In this document: piece by piece, positions 30,543 to 38,422 of the stretch | Numbering within the stretch: the first letter of the stretch is position 1 | Layout of the letters: every line of letters begins with the position of its first letter | Source: Gammaproteobacteria bacterium | GTDB taxonomy: Bacteria > Pseudomonadota > Gammaproteobacteria > Pseudomonadales > Azotimanducaceae | Assembly (NCBI GenBank): GCA_027295305.1 | Contig: JAPULC010000024.1 | Location: 248-64,247, forward strand | Direction: 5' to 3' | Length of the DNA stretch: 64,000 nucleotides | Translations under genes and position numbers: made by a program | Notes under the pieces: model-generated | What the model was told of the DNA's origin: nothing | The model's input: the letters and a program-made list of their open reading frames with translations, nothing else | Database searches by the model: none

Positions 30543-30946
30543 ACTATGGGGTGGGTATGGAACACGAAATCACGCGCCATCGCCGGACCGGCGGCTCGGC
30601 CAATCCTGCCATTCGGATCACGGCGAAGCCAAAGGTCGACGGGCATTGCCACGAGTATGAGTTCAACATGCTGCCCATGCGCATCGGCGATGGGACCATG
30701 ACGCCGAAGGTCTTCGCCTGTATCCTATTCCAGGATGGGATACCTGCGGAGGTCGGCATCAACGGCACCACGGAGGAAGCGCTGATCGCCATCCTCATCG
30801 ATCGGCTGGAGCGCTTCAACAAGGGGCCATACGCTTGTCGGCAGAACAGCCTTGCGATCACCAGCCTGGAAACGGCCATGCACTGGCTGGGCGACCGGAC
30901 GGCCGAGCGGTCGGAGCACGGCGTTGAAGGGACCATGGCGCCATGA
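30521..30946 (+). CDS. Conserved phage protein of unknown function
   Basis: The pattern ILFQDGIPAEVGINGTTEEALIAILIDRLERFNKGPYACRQNSLAITSLETAMHWLGDRTAERSEHGVEGT recurs in phages. I cannot name the family with confidence, and the start is uncertain. Confidence 0.6.
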   Translation: MAPVEHIHYGVGMEHEITRHRRTGGSANPAIRITAKPKVDGHCHEYEFNMLPMRIGDGTMTPKVFACILFQDGIPAEVGINGTTEEALIAILIDRLERFNKGPYACRQNSLAITSLETAMHWLGDRTAERSEHGVEGTMAP

Positions 30947-31131
30947 GCACCGGCGGCGTCTGGAGAGAGGGAGCCTATGCAGCCCTCATGCGCGAGCCGC
31001 GGCGATGTCCCGGCAAGGTGGATGAGACCCCCATCCAGCACGTGCAGGCTTGGTACAATGGATTTGACGATGCCCGGGCTCGCCTGGCAGCTCTGGAGGC
31101 GGAGATGATCCGCGGAGAGGAACCGAAATGA
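30943..31131 (+). CDS. Hypothetical protein
   Basis: 62-aa ORF in an ATGA overlap. Confidence 0.5.
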   Translation: MSTGGVWREGAYAALMREPRRCPGKVDETPIQHVQAWYNGFDDARARLAALEAEMIRGEEPK

Positions 31132-31475
31132 CGATCAAGTGCGATGTGATTCTGGATAGCGAGCAGGTCGATGCCTTTCTGACGGAGCATGACCACGAGC
31201 GCGAGTTCGGCCCGGTCGCGGTCGGTGATGATCCCGAGGCCGGCGCGTTGGAGCGCAACGGGCTCACCCACATCCTGCTAGGCAAGAACCGCGGCGGGGT
31301 AGCGACGGTGCTGCTCTGCCACGAGGTGCCATCCCCTCCCGAGAACAAAACCCAATACGAAGTCATCCCCACAAGCCTTGCGCTGCTGGAGCACGTGGTC
31401 GGCGAGATGCGCGCGGCTGTGGGCGAGGATTCCCGCCTGGATGGCGACCCCGCAGTCATCGAGGAAGGCTCGTGA
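31128..31475 (+). CDS. Hypothetical protein
   Basis: 115-aa ORF in an ATGA overlap. Confidence 0.55.
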   Translation: MTIKCDVILDSEQVDAFLTEHDHEREFGPVAVGDDPEAGALERNGLTHILLGKNRGGVATVLLCHEVPSPPENKTQYEVIPTSLALLEHVVGEMRAAVGEDSRLDGDPAVIEEGS

Positions 31476-31819
31476 GCGAGCAGCTCGACATGTTGCAAGG
31501 GGACCTCGATCTGTTTGTGAGGGAACAGCGAGTCGAACGCGACTCGGCGCTCAACATGCTGGAGAAAACCCGCAAGCGGGTCATAGAGGTCGCCCGGGAG
31601 ATTGCGGTCGAGCTGGTCGGGAAGCATGGCGAGGTCACGAGCCCGCATGTCCTGCGTGTGATGCGCGAGCGCGGCCACGGGAATGCGCTCGATGCGGTTG
31701 ATGCAAGATTCATGGGCGCCGTATTTCGCGCGGGATGGCTGAAGAATGGATATCGATGCGATGGCGCTAGCCACAATCGGCCGGTCGCCGTCTGGATTCG
31801 ATCGCCTGAAGGCGTGTAA
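31472..31819 (+). CDS. Hypothetical protein
   Basis: 115-aa ORF in a GTGA overlap. It is the last gene before the 240-nt gap. Confidence 0.55.
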   Translation: MSEQLDMLQGDLDLFVREQRVERDSALNMLEKTRKRVIEVAREIAVELVGKHGEVTSPHVLRVMRERGHGNALDAVDARFMGAVFRAGWLKNGYRCDGASHNRPVAVWIRSPEGV

Positions 31820-31998
31820 TCTTTGTAATATCCTATTTGCGCAAGACGTTCCCTAGCCGCGATTTACGGCGATAAGCCCTAGGAAGTTGGGGCGGCGACT
31901 GTCGCTCTTTGCGGAAACCCGCAGGTCGGCTACCGTTTATTTCAGAGCCTTGCTGCATGTTGTGGGCCTGGTTCCTCCGTAGCACCCCCGGTAGTACG

Positions 31999-32043
31999 CG
32001 CCCGCTGGTCCACACATCCCCCCCGGACCGGCGGGCGTTTTTT
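31999..32043 (+). terminator. Rho-independent terminator
   Basis: A 13-bp stem pairs CGCCCGCTGGTCC with GGACCGGCGGGCG (one G-U pair). The loop is 13 nt and TTTTTT follows at 32038-32043. Confidence 0.8.
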
Positions 32044-32059
32044 ATGGCATGCTGCGCCC

Positions 32060-32791
32060 ATGCAGGTCTACAGCGTCGCGGAACTAGTCAAAGCGCGGAA
32101 GCTGGACCGCCGCCGCAAGTTCCAAGGGCTGGACATCTCAGTCGAGACGCAGCGCGGCGCCTACCGTCATTGGCATGACCCGCACACGGGTCGAGACGGC
32201 AAGACCAAGATGCCGTGGGACTACGGATATATCCGTGGCAGCGTGGGCGCCGATGGGGACCATGTCGACGCCTACATCGGGCCAGATCCCAACGCCACGC
32301 ACGCGTATGTGGTCGACCAAATGAGAGCACCTGACTTCCAGATATTTGACGAACAAAAGGTCTTTCTAGGGTTTGAGTCTGCCCAGGATGCGCGCGCAGC
32401 CTATGCGAGTTGCTATGATAAGCCCGGTTTTTTCGGCCGCTTGAAGGCCGTTCCGATGGGGGAGTTCCGCCGCCAAGTCCTGAACACCTCGAAGGACGCC
32501 CCACTGATCAAGGCTGGCGGCGACACGAGTCTGGTCCACGAGATCTTCGAGGATGCGACGCCGGGCTACCCCGTGGTCACCCACGTTTTCACGGGCAAGG
32601 ACCGCGCGGAGGTGCAGGGATACTTCGATGCGCACATGAAGACCGATGCCTTCATGCGGGGCATGGAGAATGCCGGCGAGTGGAACGGGGTGAAGGGCCG
32701 CGCGGTCAAGCGCTGGTCGGCCGCGGGGATGGGTCTACGGAAGGCGGCTAGGAAGCGGCTGGGCTTGCGGCTGGATCTTCCGCGCCTGTGA
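32060..32791 (+). CDS. Hypothetical virion-module protein with pyrophosphatase-like DGDxxD motif
   Basis: 243-aa ORF with GADGDHVDAYIG. It is the first gene after the terminator. Confidence 0.6.
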   Translation: MQVYSVAELVKARKLDRRRKFQGLDISVETQRGAYRHWHDPHTGRDGKTKMPWDYGYIRGSVGADGDHVDAYIGPDPNATHAYVVDQMRAPDFQIFDEQKVFLGFESAQDARAAYASCYDKPGFFGRLKAVPMGEFRRQVLNTSKDAPLIKAGGDTSLVHEIFEDATPGYPVVTHVFTGKDRAEVQGYFDAHMKTDAFMRGMENAGEWNGVKGRAVKRWSAAGMGLRKAARKRLGLRLDLPRL

Positions 32792-33248
32792 GGAATCCGA
32801 ACACCTGACGCTTTGCTTCGGCAGCACGCGTCGCTTCTTCGATGGTATCGAAGGTTCCGACATGATGAAGCGTTCCTTGATATCCGACTCGGGACCGGTA
32901 TTTTCCCGATGGCCGAAGTGAAACGCCGCGCACGCCCGTAAAGGAGTTTTTGTTAGCCCCGCGCCTGTTCTCGCTATTGCCTCTGCTATTGGTGATTCGC
33001 AGATTGCTGCGCCTGCAGTCCAGTTTATCTCCACTGACATGATCGACCATCTTGCCCATCGGGCTCCCCATGATCTCGCGGTGCAATAACAGAGTTTCGC
33101 TGCCCGATCGCCTTTCGGCATATCCCTTCGAGTGAAGGCGCCAATGGGCATTTCCAAGGTGATCGCTCTCACCAAGATACGCGTCTTGGTCATCGACCGT
33201 TGCCTTCGCGACAACGACCCCGTGTTTCCAGACATCGATTTCAACCAT
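32748..33248 (-). CDS. HNH homing endonuclease with AP2-like DNA-binding domain
   Basis: It has LLLHREIMG...VDHVSGDKLDCRRSNLR...N (HNH) followed by GVRGVSLRPSGKYRSRVGYQGTLHHVGTFDTIEEA (AP2-like). Confidence 0.8.
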   Translation of the reverse strand: MVEIDVWKHGVVVAKATVDDQDAYLGESDHLGNAHWRLHSKGYAERRSGSETLLLHREIMGSPMGKMVDHVSGDKLDCRRSNLRITNSRGNSENRRGANKNSFTGVRGVSLRPSGKYRSRVGYQGTLHHVGTFDTIEEATRAAEAKRQVFGFLTGAEDPAASPAAS

Positions 33249-33285
33249 CGCAGCAGATTACCCGATTTTGGGGTACCGTCTAGCG

Positions 33286-33525
33286 ATGCCCCCCAGTACC
33301 GGCAACGCCTGCCCCCATTGCCAGCAGATGCTGTTCCGCAAGAGTGAGGCGGGCGACAGAATGAAGCTCGGCAGGACGATGGTCGTGCTCCACAAGTCTG
33401 GTGATATCGAGGTGAACTGCGTTCGTTGTAAGCGCGCGGTTATCATCGGCAAGCTCGAAGCCGGGGCGCAACTCCGCAAGGCCGGCCCGCGTCTGCATAT
33501 CCGCGTCCGAGCAGATCAGGCTTGA
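33286..33525 (+). CDS. Mu Com-like zinc-finger protein
   Basis: CPHCQQMLFRK...IEVNCVRCKRAVIIG parallels Mu Com CKNCNKLLFKA...IEIRCPRCKRHIIM. Confidence 0.55.
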   Translation: MPPSTGNACPHCQQMLFRKSEAGDRMKLGRTMVVLHKSGDIEVNCVRCKRAVIIGKLEAGAQLRKAGPRLHIRVRADQA

Positions 33526-33589
33526 CATCGGCGGCACCCGCCGCCCAGTATCTGTCACGTAGGCCCGTCTCTCGTTGGTTCGAGGATCA

Positions 33590-33630
33590 GGGGCGCCCCC
33601 GCAGAAGATGCGGTCGGGCAACGCCCCTTT
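33590..33630 (+). terminator. Possible terminator-like nested hairpin
   Basis: GGGGCG...CGCCCC encloses CCGCA-gaaga-TGCGG. Only TTT follows. Confidence 0.3.
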
Positions 33631-33645
33631 CGATCCCGACCAACC

Positions 33646-34395
33646 ATGTTGCAACACGCACCTACCGCCCGTCCGACCGACCCCTCGGCCATTTTCCAGT
33701 TTGATATGGAGATGGAGTCGATGGAGAAGTCCCGGGTCGACGGGCGCGATGGTCGGTTCATCGGCGGATACATCTCCACCGACCACATGGACCGTGCGGG
33801 CGAGACGCTGATCCAAGATGGGCTGGATTTCGAGCCCTTCCTGAAGAAAGGGTGGTTCAACGATAACCATGACGGCGCGGGCGATTCGCTCGTGGGCTAT
33901 CCGACCATGGTCCGCTTGGACAACCTCGCGAAGGGTCATAAAGGATGGTACGTCGAGGGCGAACTGCTCCCCGACGGCGCCAACCCGCGGGCCGATTCGC
34001 TCTGGAAGATCGCGCAGGGCCTGCACAAGGGCGCCAGCGGCCGCAAGCTCGGGTTCTCCGTTGAGGGCAGCATCCTCAAGCGCGACGCGAAGGATTCCAA
34101 GATCGTGCGTAAGGCGGAGGTCCGCGAGGTCGCCATAACTAGGTGTCCTGTGAACACGCAGACGAGCCTGGATGTCCTCGCGAAGTCGCTGGCCGTGGGC
34201 ATCCCCGCGGGCGAGCCCGGGAGCGCGGAGCCTCTGCAGACCGAAGCGCTCGAAGGCGTCGGCACCAAAAAGAAGAAGAAAAAGAAGCTCACCAAGGGGG
34301 CGGCTGTCGAGCTGATCCTCGCGATTCGACCTGGATTCAGCCGCGCACTCGCGGCGCAGATTGTGGACTACACGGCGCGGCATCACGCCGCTTAG
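33646..34395 (+). CDS. Prohead serine protease (HK97 gp4/S78-like)
   Basis: It has FIGGYISTDHMDRAGETL...NDNHD...VGYP...GWYVEGEL...GFSVEGS and a Lys-rich C-terminus. The start is 33646 or ATG 33706. Confidence 0.72.
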   Translation: MLQHAPTARPTDPSAIFQFDMEMESMEKSRVDGRDGRFIGGYISTDHMDRAGETLIQDGLDFEPFLKKGWFNDNHDGAGDSLVGYPTMVRLDNLAKGHKGWYVEGELLPDGANPRADSLWKIAQGLHKGASGRKLGFSVEGSILKRDAKDSKIVRKAEVREVAITRCPVNTQTSLDVLAKSLAVGIPAGEPGSAEPLQTEALEGVGTKKKKKKKLTKGAAVELILAIRPGFSRALAAQIVDYTARHHAA

Positions 34396-34413
34396 CCCCG
34401 AGAGGAAGAGATC

Positions 34414-35448
34414 ATGCCCGGAACACAAACTCCCGAAGATGGCGTCACGCCCGAAAGCCTCGGCGCTTCGCTCGATGAACTCGTCAAGGCGGCCGCGGCC
34501 ACCGATCTCCTGAAGGGTGGCGCCACCGTGGATGCCAACCGCGTCGAGTCTTCGGGCCGTGTCGAAGGCGAGGACGCCAAGACCGCGACGGTCACGGGCG
34601 GCGGCCGCGCGCCGGTGCCCAAGGCCATGGACAGCATGATGATCGGCAAGCTCGCCGACCTCGGATTCGACGCCGGTGACATCGCCGCCATGGCAGGTGC
34701 CCTCACAGGCAAGGCGAAGGATGACGAGGAAGAGGAAGACGACAGCATGGAGGGTTACGTCGGCAAGATGACCGCACATGCCAAGGGCTACGCTGACAAG
34801 AACGGTGGCTCGATGAAGGGCTACATGGGCTACCCCGGTGCCCATGACGTCACCCCGAAGATGGACAAGGCGGGCACGGTCGGCGGCGAGCCGCTGGCGA
34901 AGGCAATGGATGCTTACAACGCCGATCCAGACATGGGACCGCTGCTCGATGGCACGGATTTCTTTGCGGGCTTCGTGAAGACGACCGCCGATCAGCTGGA
35001 CGGCGTCAATGCCACCCTGAAGAAGGGTTTCGGCAATCAGGAGCATGTCAACGCCGCGATGGCCGGAGCCATCCACCAGACGGGCACGCTCATCAAGAGC
35101 CAGTCGGGCATCATCGAAGCCCTGGGCGAGCGCCTGGGCCTAGTCGAGCGGCAGCCGCAACAGCCTCGCGGCGCGACCTCCGCAAGCGCGGCGGCCACGC
35201 TGGCGAAGTCCATGCCAGGCGAAGCGGGCGCGGGCGGCGGCGAGCCGCTGAAGAAGCACGAAATCCTTTCGACCCTTTCCTACATGAACCTGGAGAAGGG
35301 CATGCGCGAGATCGGCGGGGAGCGAACCGCGCAGATCATCGGGTTGCTCGAAGGTGGCAACCAGTGCTCAGAGCAGGCCCTGGCGGCCGTCAACGACTTC
35401 CTCATGGCCAACCCCACCGAGGTCCAGGCCGCTCGGACCTACCAGTAG
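34414..35448 (+). CDS. Scaffolding protein (putative)
   Basis: It lies between the protease and capsid genes, is acidic with low complexity, and has GAGAGGAAGAG upstream. Confidence 0.55.
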   Translation: MPGTQTPEDGVTPESLGASLDELVKAAAATDLLKGGATVDANRVESSGRVEGEDAKTATVTGGGRAPVPKAMDSMMIGKLADLGFDAGDIAAMAGALTGKAKDDEEEEDDSMEGYVGKMTAHAKGYADKNGGSMKGYMGYPGAHDVTPKMDKAGTVGGEPLAKAMDAYNADPDMGPLLDGTDFFAGFVKTTADQLDGVNATLKKGFGNQEHVNAAMAGAIHQTGTLIKSQSGIIEALGERLGLVERQPQQPRGATSASAAATLAKSMPGEAGAGGGEPLKKHEILSTLSYMNLEKGMREIGGERTAQIIGLLEGGNQCSEQALAAVNDFLMANPTEVQAARTYQ

Positions 35449-35516
35449 GCCAACCTCAAACGATTCAACTGCGCTGAAAACGCACCCGCAAAGAGACCCG
35501 TAAGGAGATACGCATC

Positions 35517-36929
35517 ATGACTGTCGGAGCATTCATTTCGGCGCAGGACTACCGCGATTACAGTGGCTATGGCTCGTCCAGCACCAACGAAATCGCGGAG
35601 CTACGCAAGGCCCTCGTCGCAGGGAACGACGTCAACGATCCGGGTGTAGCGCCTGGCGTTGGCTTCCCGCTGCGCGTGGAGTCGCTCGAAGCGACGATGA
35701 AGAACCTCACCTACGAGATGGATGAGATCAAGCTCTTCAAGACCATCCCGAAGATACCCGCGACCAACACGGTCGAGGAGTTCAACCGGTTGCTGGCTTA
35801 CGGCCAGGGCGGTTCGACCCGGTTCAACCTGGGCTTCATGGGAGAAGGTGACCTGCCCGAGGAAGAGGACAGCACCTACGAGCGCGTCACGATGCTGATC
35901 AAGTATCTGGGCGTGACCGGTCGCGTGACTCACGTCGCGAACACCATCCGGGCAGCGACCGGCAACGTGATCGCGCTGGAGACCATGAACAAGACCATGG
36001 ACCTCCTGAAGAACAACGAAAACGCCTTGTTCTTCGGCGACTCCACGCTCATCCCCGAGCAGTTCGACGGGCTCCAGAAGCTCATCACGGACGGTGCGCC
36101 CGACAACGTCATCGACCTGCGCGGCGCGCCGCTCAGCGAGAACGCGCTCAACGACATGTTGCTGCGCATCCGCCAGAACTTCGGCACCGCGACGGATGCC
36201 TACTTCGCGACCGGCGCCTTCGCCGACCTCGCAAAGCAGGTCTACGACCGGCAGCGGTTCGCCTACTCGCCGGCCCCCGGCGTGCTCGGAGCGACCGTCA
36301 CAGCCTTCCAAGGCCAGCACGGCCGCATCAACCTGCATGACCACGTGTTCATCCAGGAGGGCCCCGCGTCTCCCGCCACCGGACTGGGCAAGACCGACAA
36401 GCGCCCGAACGTTCCGAGCATCACCGTGGCGCCAGCAGCGGCCGCCAATGCGGCTTCGCAGTTCATCGCGGCCGACGACGGGACCTACATCTACCAGGTG
36501 GTTGCAGGCAACCGCTTCGGTCTGTCCGCCCCCGTGGACAGTGCTGGTGTGGCCGTGGTCGCAGGCGAGCAGGTGACGTTCACCATCCAGGACAACGGGC
36601 AGAGCCCGACGTACTACGAGATCTACCGCTCGACGATCGGCGGCGCCGCCAGCACCGCGCGGCTCATGGTCCGGGTTGCCCGCACGGGTGCGACCCAGGT
36701 GATCACCGACAACAACGACGACATCCCAGGGACCAGCATTGGCTTCGTGCTCATGCAGAACCAGCGTTCGTTCAGCTGGGCGCAGCTTCTGCCGATGACG
36801 CGCATACCCCTCGCGGCCATCGACACCAGCATCCGATGGGCGCAGGTGCTCTACGGTGGCGTCAAGATGTACACGCCCGCCAAGAACATCGTGGTCAAGA
36901 ACGTCGGACGCGCGGCCGGCTCGCTGTAG
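35517..36929 (+). CDS. Major capsid protein (putative)
   Basis: 470 aa, positioned after the protease and scaffold genes. It has a strong AAGGAG RBS and is followed by a hairpin terminator. Confidence 0.62.
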   Translation: MTVGAFISAQDYRDYSGYGSSSTNEIAELRKALVAGNDVNDPGVAPGVGFPLRVESLEATMKNLTYEMDEIKLFKTIPKIPATNTVEEFNRLLAYGQGGSTRFNLGFMGEGDLPEEEDSTYERVTMLIKYLGVTGRVTHVANTIRAATGNVIALETMNKTMDLLKNNENALFFGDSTLIPEQFDGLQKLITDGAPDNVIDLRGAPLSENALNDMLLRIRQNFGTATDAYFATGAFADLAKQVYDRQRFAYSPAPGVLGATVTAFQGQHGRINLHDHVFIQEGPASPATGLGKTDKRPNVPSITVAPAAAANAASQFIAADDGTYIYQVVAGNRFGLSAPVDSAGVAVVAGEQVTFTIQDNGQSPTYYEIYRSTIGGAASTARLMVRVARTGATQVITDNNDDIPGTSIGFVLMQNQRSFSWAQLLPMTRIPLAAIDTSIRWAQVLYGGVKMYTPAKNIVVKNVGRAAGSL

Positions 36930-36954
36930 TAGCTGAACCAGACCGCTGGTAGAG

Positions 36955-36990
36955 TCGGGGCGGTGGGCGCAGGCTCGTCGCCCCGATTTC
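36955..36990 (+). terminator. Hairpin terminator after capsid gene
   Basis: TCGGGGCG-N16-CGCCCCGA forms a perfect 8-bp stem and is followed by TTTCTATAT. Confidence 0.55.
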
Positions 36991-37012
36991 TATATCAACG
37001 AAAGGCTCAGTC

Positions 37013-37651
37013 ATGAAGAACGTTCAGAACAAAGCACTCGCGAACACAGTCCTCAGCATAGGAGGCGCCTCCTACACAGGCGACCATGGCGGTGTTTTCG
37101 CGATGGATGGTGCGCACGCGGATATGCTGCTTGCGACTCCAGGGTGGTCGAACAGCGCGCGGGGACCCGAGGAGGCGCCCGCGGCATTCGATCCCGTTGC
37201 GGCCATGGCGGGTGGGGCCGATGCCGGTGAACTGCAAGCTGTGAAGGCACAGCTACAGCAAGCACTGGGCGCCGCGGATGCTCTCCGGACGAAGCTGCGA
37301 ACCTCCGAATCCCTACGGGCGGATCTCCAGCTGGCCGTGAAGAGCAGAGATGCGGAGATCGATCAGCTGAAGGCCGCGGCGGCCGACGCGGATGCTCCTG
37401 CGGACCCTGTGGCACCCGCGAGCGCTCCGGTACCTCCCGCACCGGGCGCAACGTCCGCGCCTGCGACGCCTACGGCTGGCGACGGGAGTGATGAGGCGGC
37501 CGACGATGAGGGTCCGCAGCTCGACGGGATGGATAAGAAGCAGCTCCTGGCAGCCGCGGAAAAGTGGGAAGTCGAGTTGACGGCGCCCCAGAAGAAGCTC
37601 GGCGCTGACAAGCTGCGTCCGATCTTGGACAAGGCGATCTACGGCGACTGA
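37013..37651 (+). CDS. Ala/Pro-rich coiled-coil protein with C-terminal HeH/Rho_N-like motif
   Basis: It has a coiled-coil mid region, an APAPAP linker, and the C-terminus MDKKQLLAAAEKWEVELTAPQKKLGADKLRPILDKAI. Confidence 0.55.
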   Translation: MKNVQNKALANTVLSIGGASYTGDHGGVFAMDGAHADMLLATPGWSNSARGPEEAPAAFDPVAAMAGGADAGELQAVKAQLQQALGAADALRTKLRTSESLRADLQLAVKSRDAEIDQLKAAAADADAPADPVAPASAPVPPAPGATSAPATPTAGDGSDEAADDEGPQLDGMDKKQLLAAAEKWEVELTAPQKKLGADKLRPILDKAIYGD

Positions 37652-37668
37652 AAGCAACGAGGGATGAG

Positions 37669-38055
37669 ATGGCAGCGAATGCAGACGACCTAAAGCATTT
37701 CTACGCTGAGCGCATTGGGATCAGCGTCATCCTCAGTGTCGGGGACGCTGCTTCCGTGCCCCTTGCCGCGCCCCTTGCTCCCGGTCGGTACCGACTCAGC
37801 ACGAAAGTTGTCGCAGGGGGCGCCACGCTGTTGTGGGTGAGACAGGGGCCGTTCGCCGGCCTCCCGGATGCAGTCGCGGCGGCCCCGCTCCTCCCCATCG
37901 ACCTGCTGGAGGATCCCAGGTTCAAACCCATCTTCATCGCGCGGCCGCCAGGGCAGGGAAACGTCGGCCCGGCGACGGCATCGGACGGTCTCACGTTCAT
38001 CACGGACGCGGGCACCGTCGATGTGGTGATCACGAGGATTTCAGCTGATGGCTGA
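37669..38055 (+). CDS. Hypothetical virion protein
   Basis: 128-aa ORF in the late module. Confidence 0.55.
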   Translation: MAANADDLKHFYAERIGISVILSVGDAASVPLAAPLAPGRYRLSTKVVAGGATLLWVRQGPFAGLPDAVAAAPLLPIDLLEDPRFKPIFIARPPGQGNVGPATASDGLTFITDAGTVDVVITRISADG

Positions 38056-38422
38056 AGCACGCAGAGGTGACGACGATATTGCGTTCTTCGCAGCTTCGCT
38101 CGGCCGTACGCGCGCGCTTGCGGTGACCGACACTGCAGCGGAGATCACCGATCCCGACGGCGCGCTCGTCCCGGGTCGGTATTTGCTGCACGTCGCCAAC
38201 CTGAGTGCGGGCGCCGTAGTGTGGGTGGCGACTGGGAAGTTCGAGAAGGGCGCCGCACCGCTCACGGTCGTTGCAGCTGCGCCCCACTTCCCCATGTCAG
38301 CCGCGACCATTGTTGCCCTTGAACTGAACATCCTGAAGGAAGACAACGACCGCATCGCAGCGATTGCTACGGGGGGCGGCACGGGCACGCTCTACATCAC
38401 GCAAATCTCCAGAGGTGCCTGA
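38048..38422 (+). CDS. Hypothetical virion protein
   Basis: 124-aa ORF. It shows weak similarity to the preceding gene (both end ...I(T/S)R(I/G)...). Confidence 0.55.
   Translation: MAEARRGDDDIAFFAASLGRTRALAVTDTAAEITDPDGALVPGRYLLHVANLSAGAVVWVATGKFEKGAAPLTVVAAAPHFPMSAATIVALELNILKEDNDRIAAIATGGGTGTLYITQISRGA

Noticed and set aside
33570-33630. A tRNA-like T-arm (GGTTCGAGG at about 33576).
   Set aside because: No complementary T-stem, acceptor stem or anticodon arm can be built around it. I found no convincing tRNA anywhere in the window by eye.
33280-35076. A 598-aa ORF on the - strand. Other very long - ORFs are 59931-61562, 62308-63840, 46780-47865, 58228-59574 and 28679-29668.
   Set aside because: They lie antisense to clearly coding + genes (protease, scaffold, baseplate). 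Their translations are Arg/Gly/Ala/His-rich nonsense. These are typical shadow ORFs of high-GC DNA.
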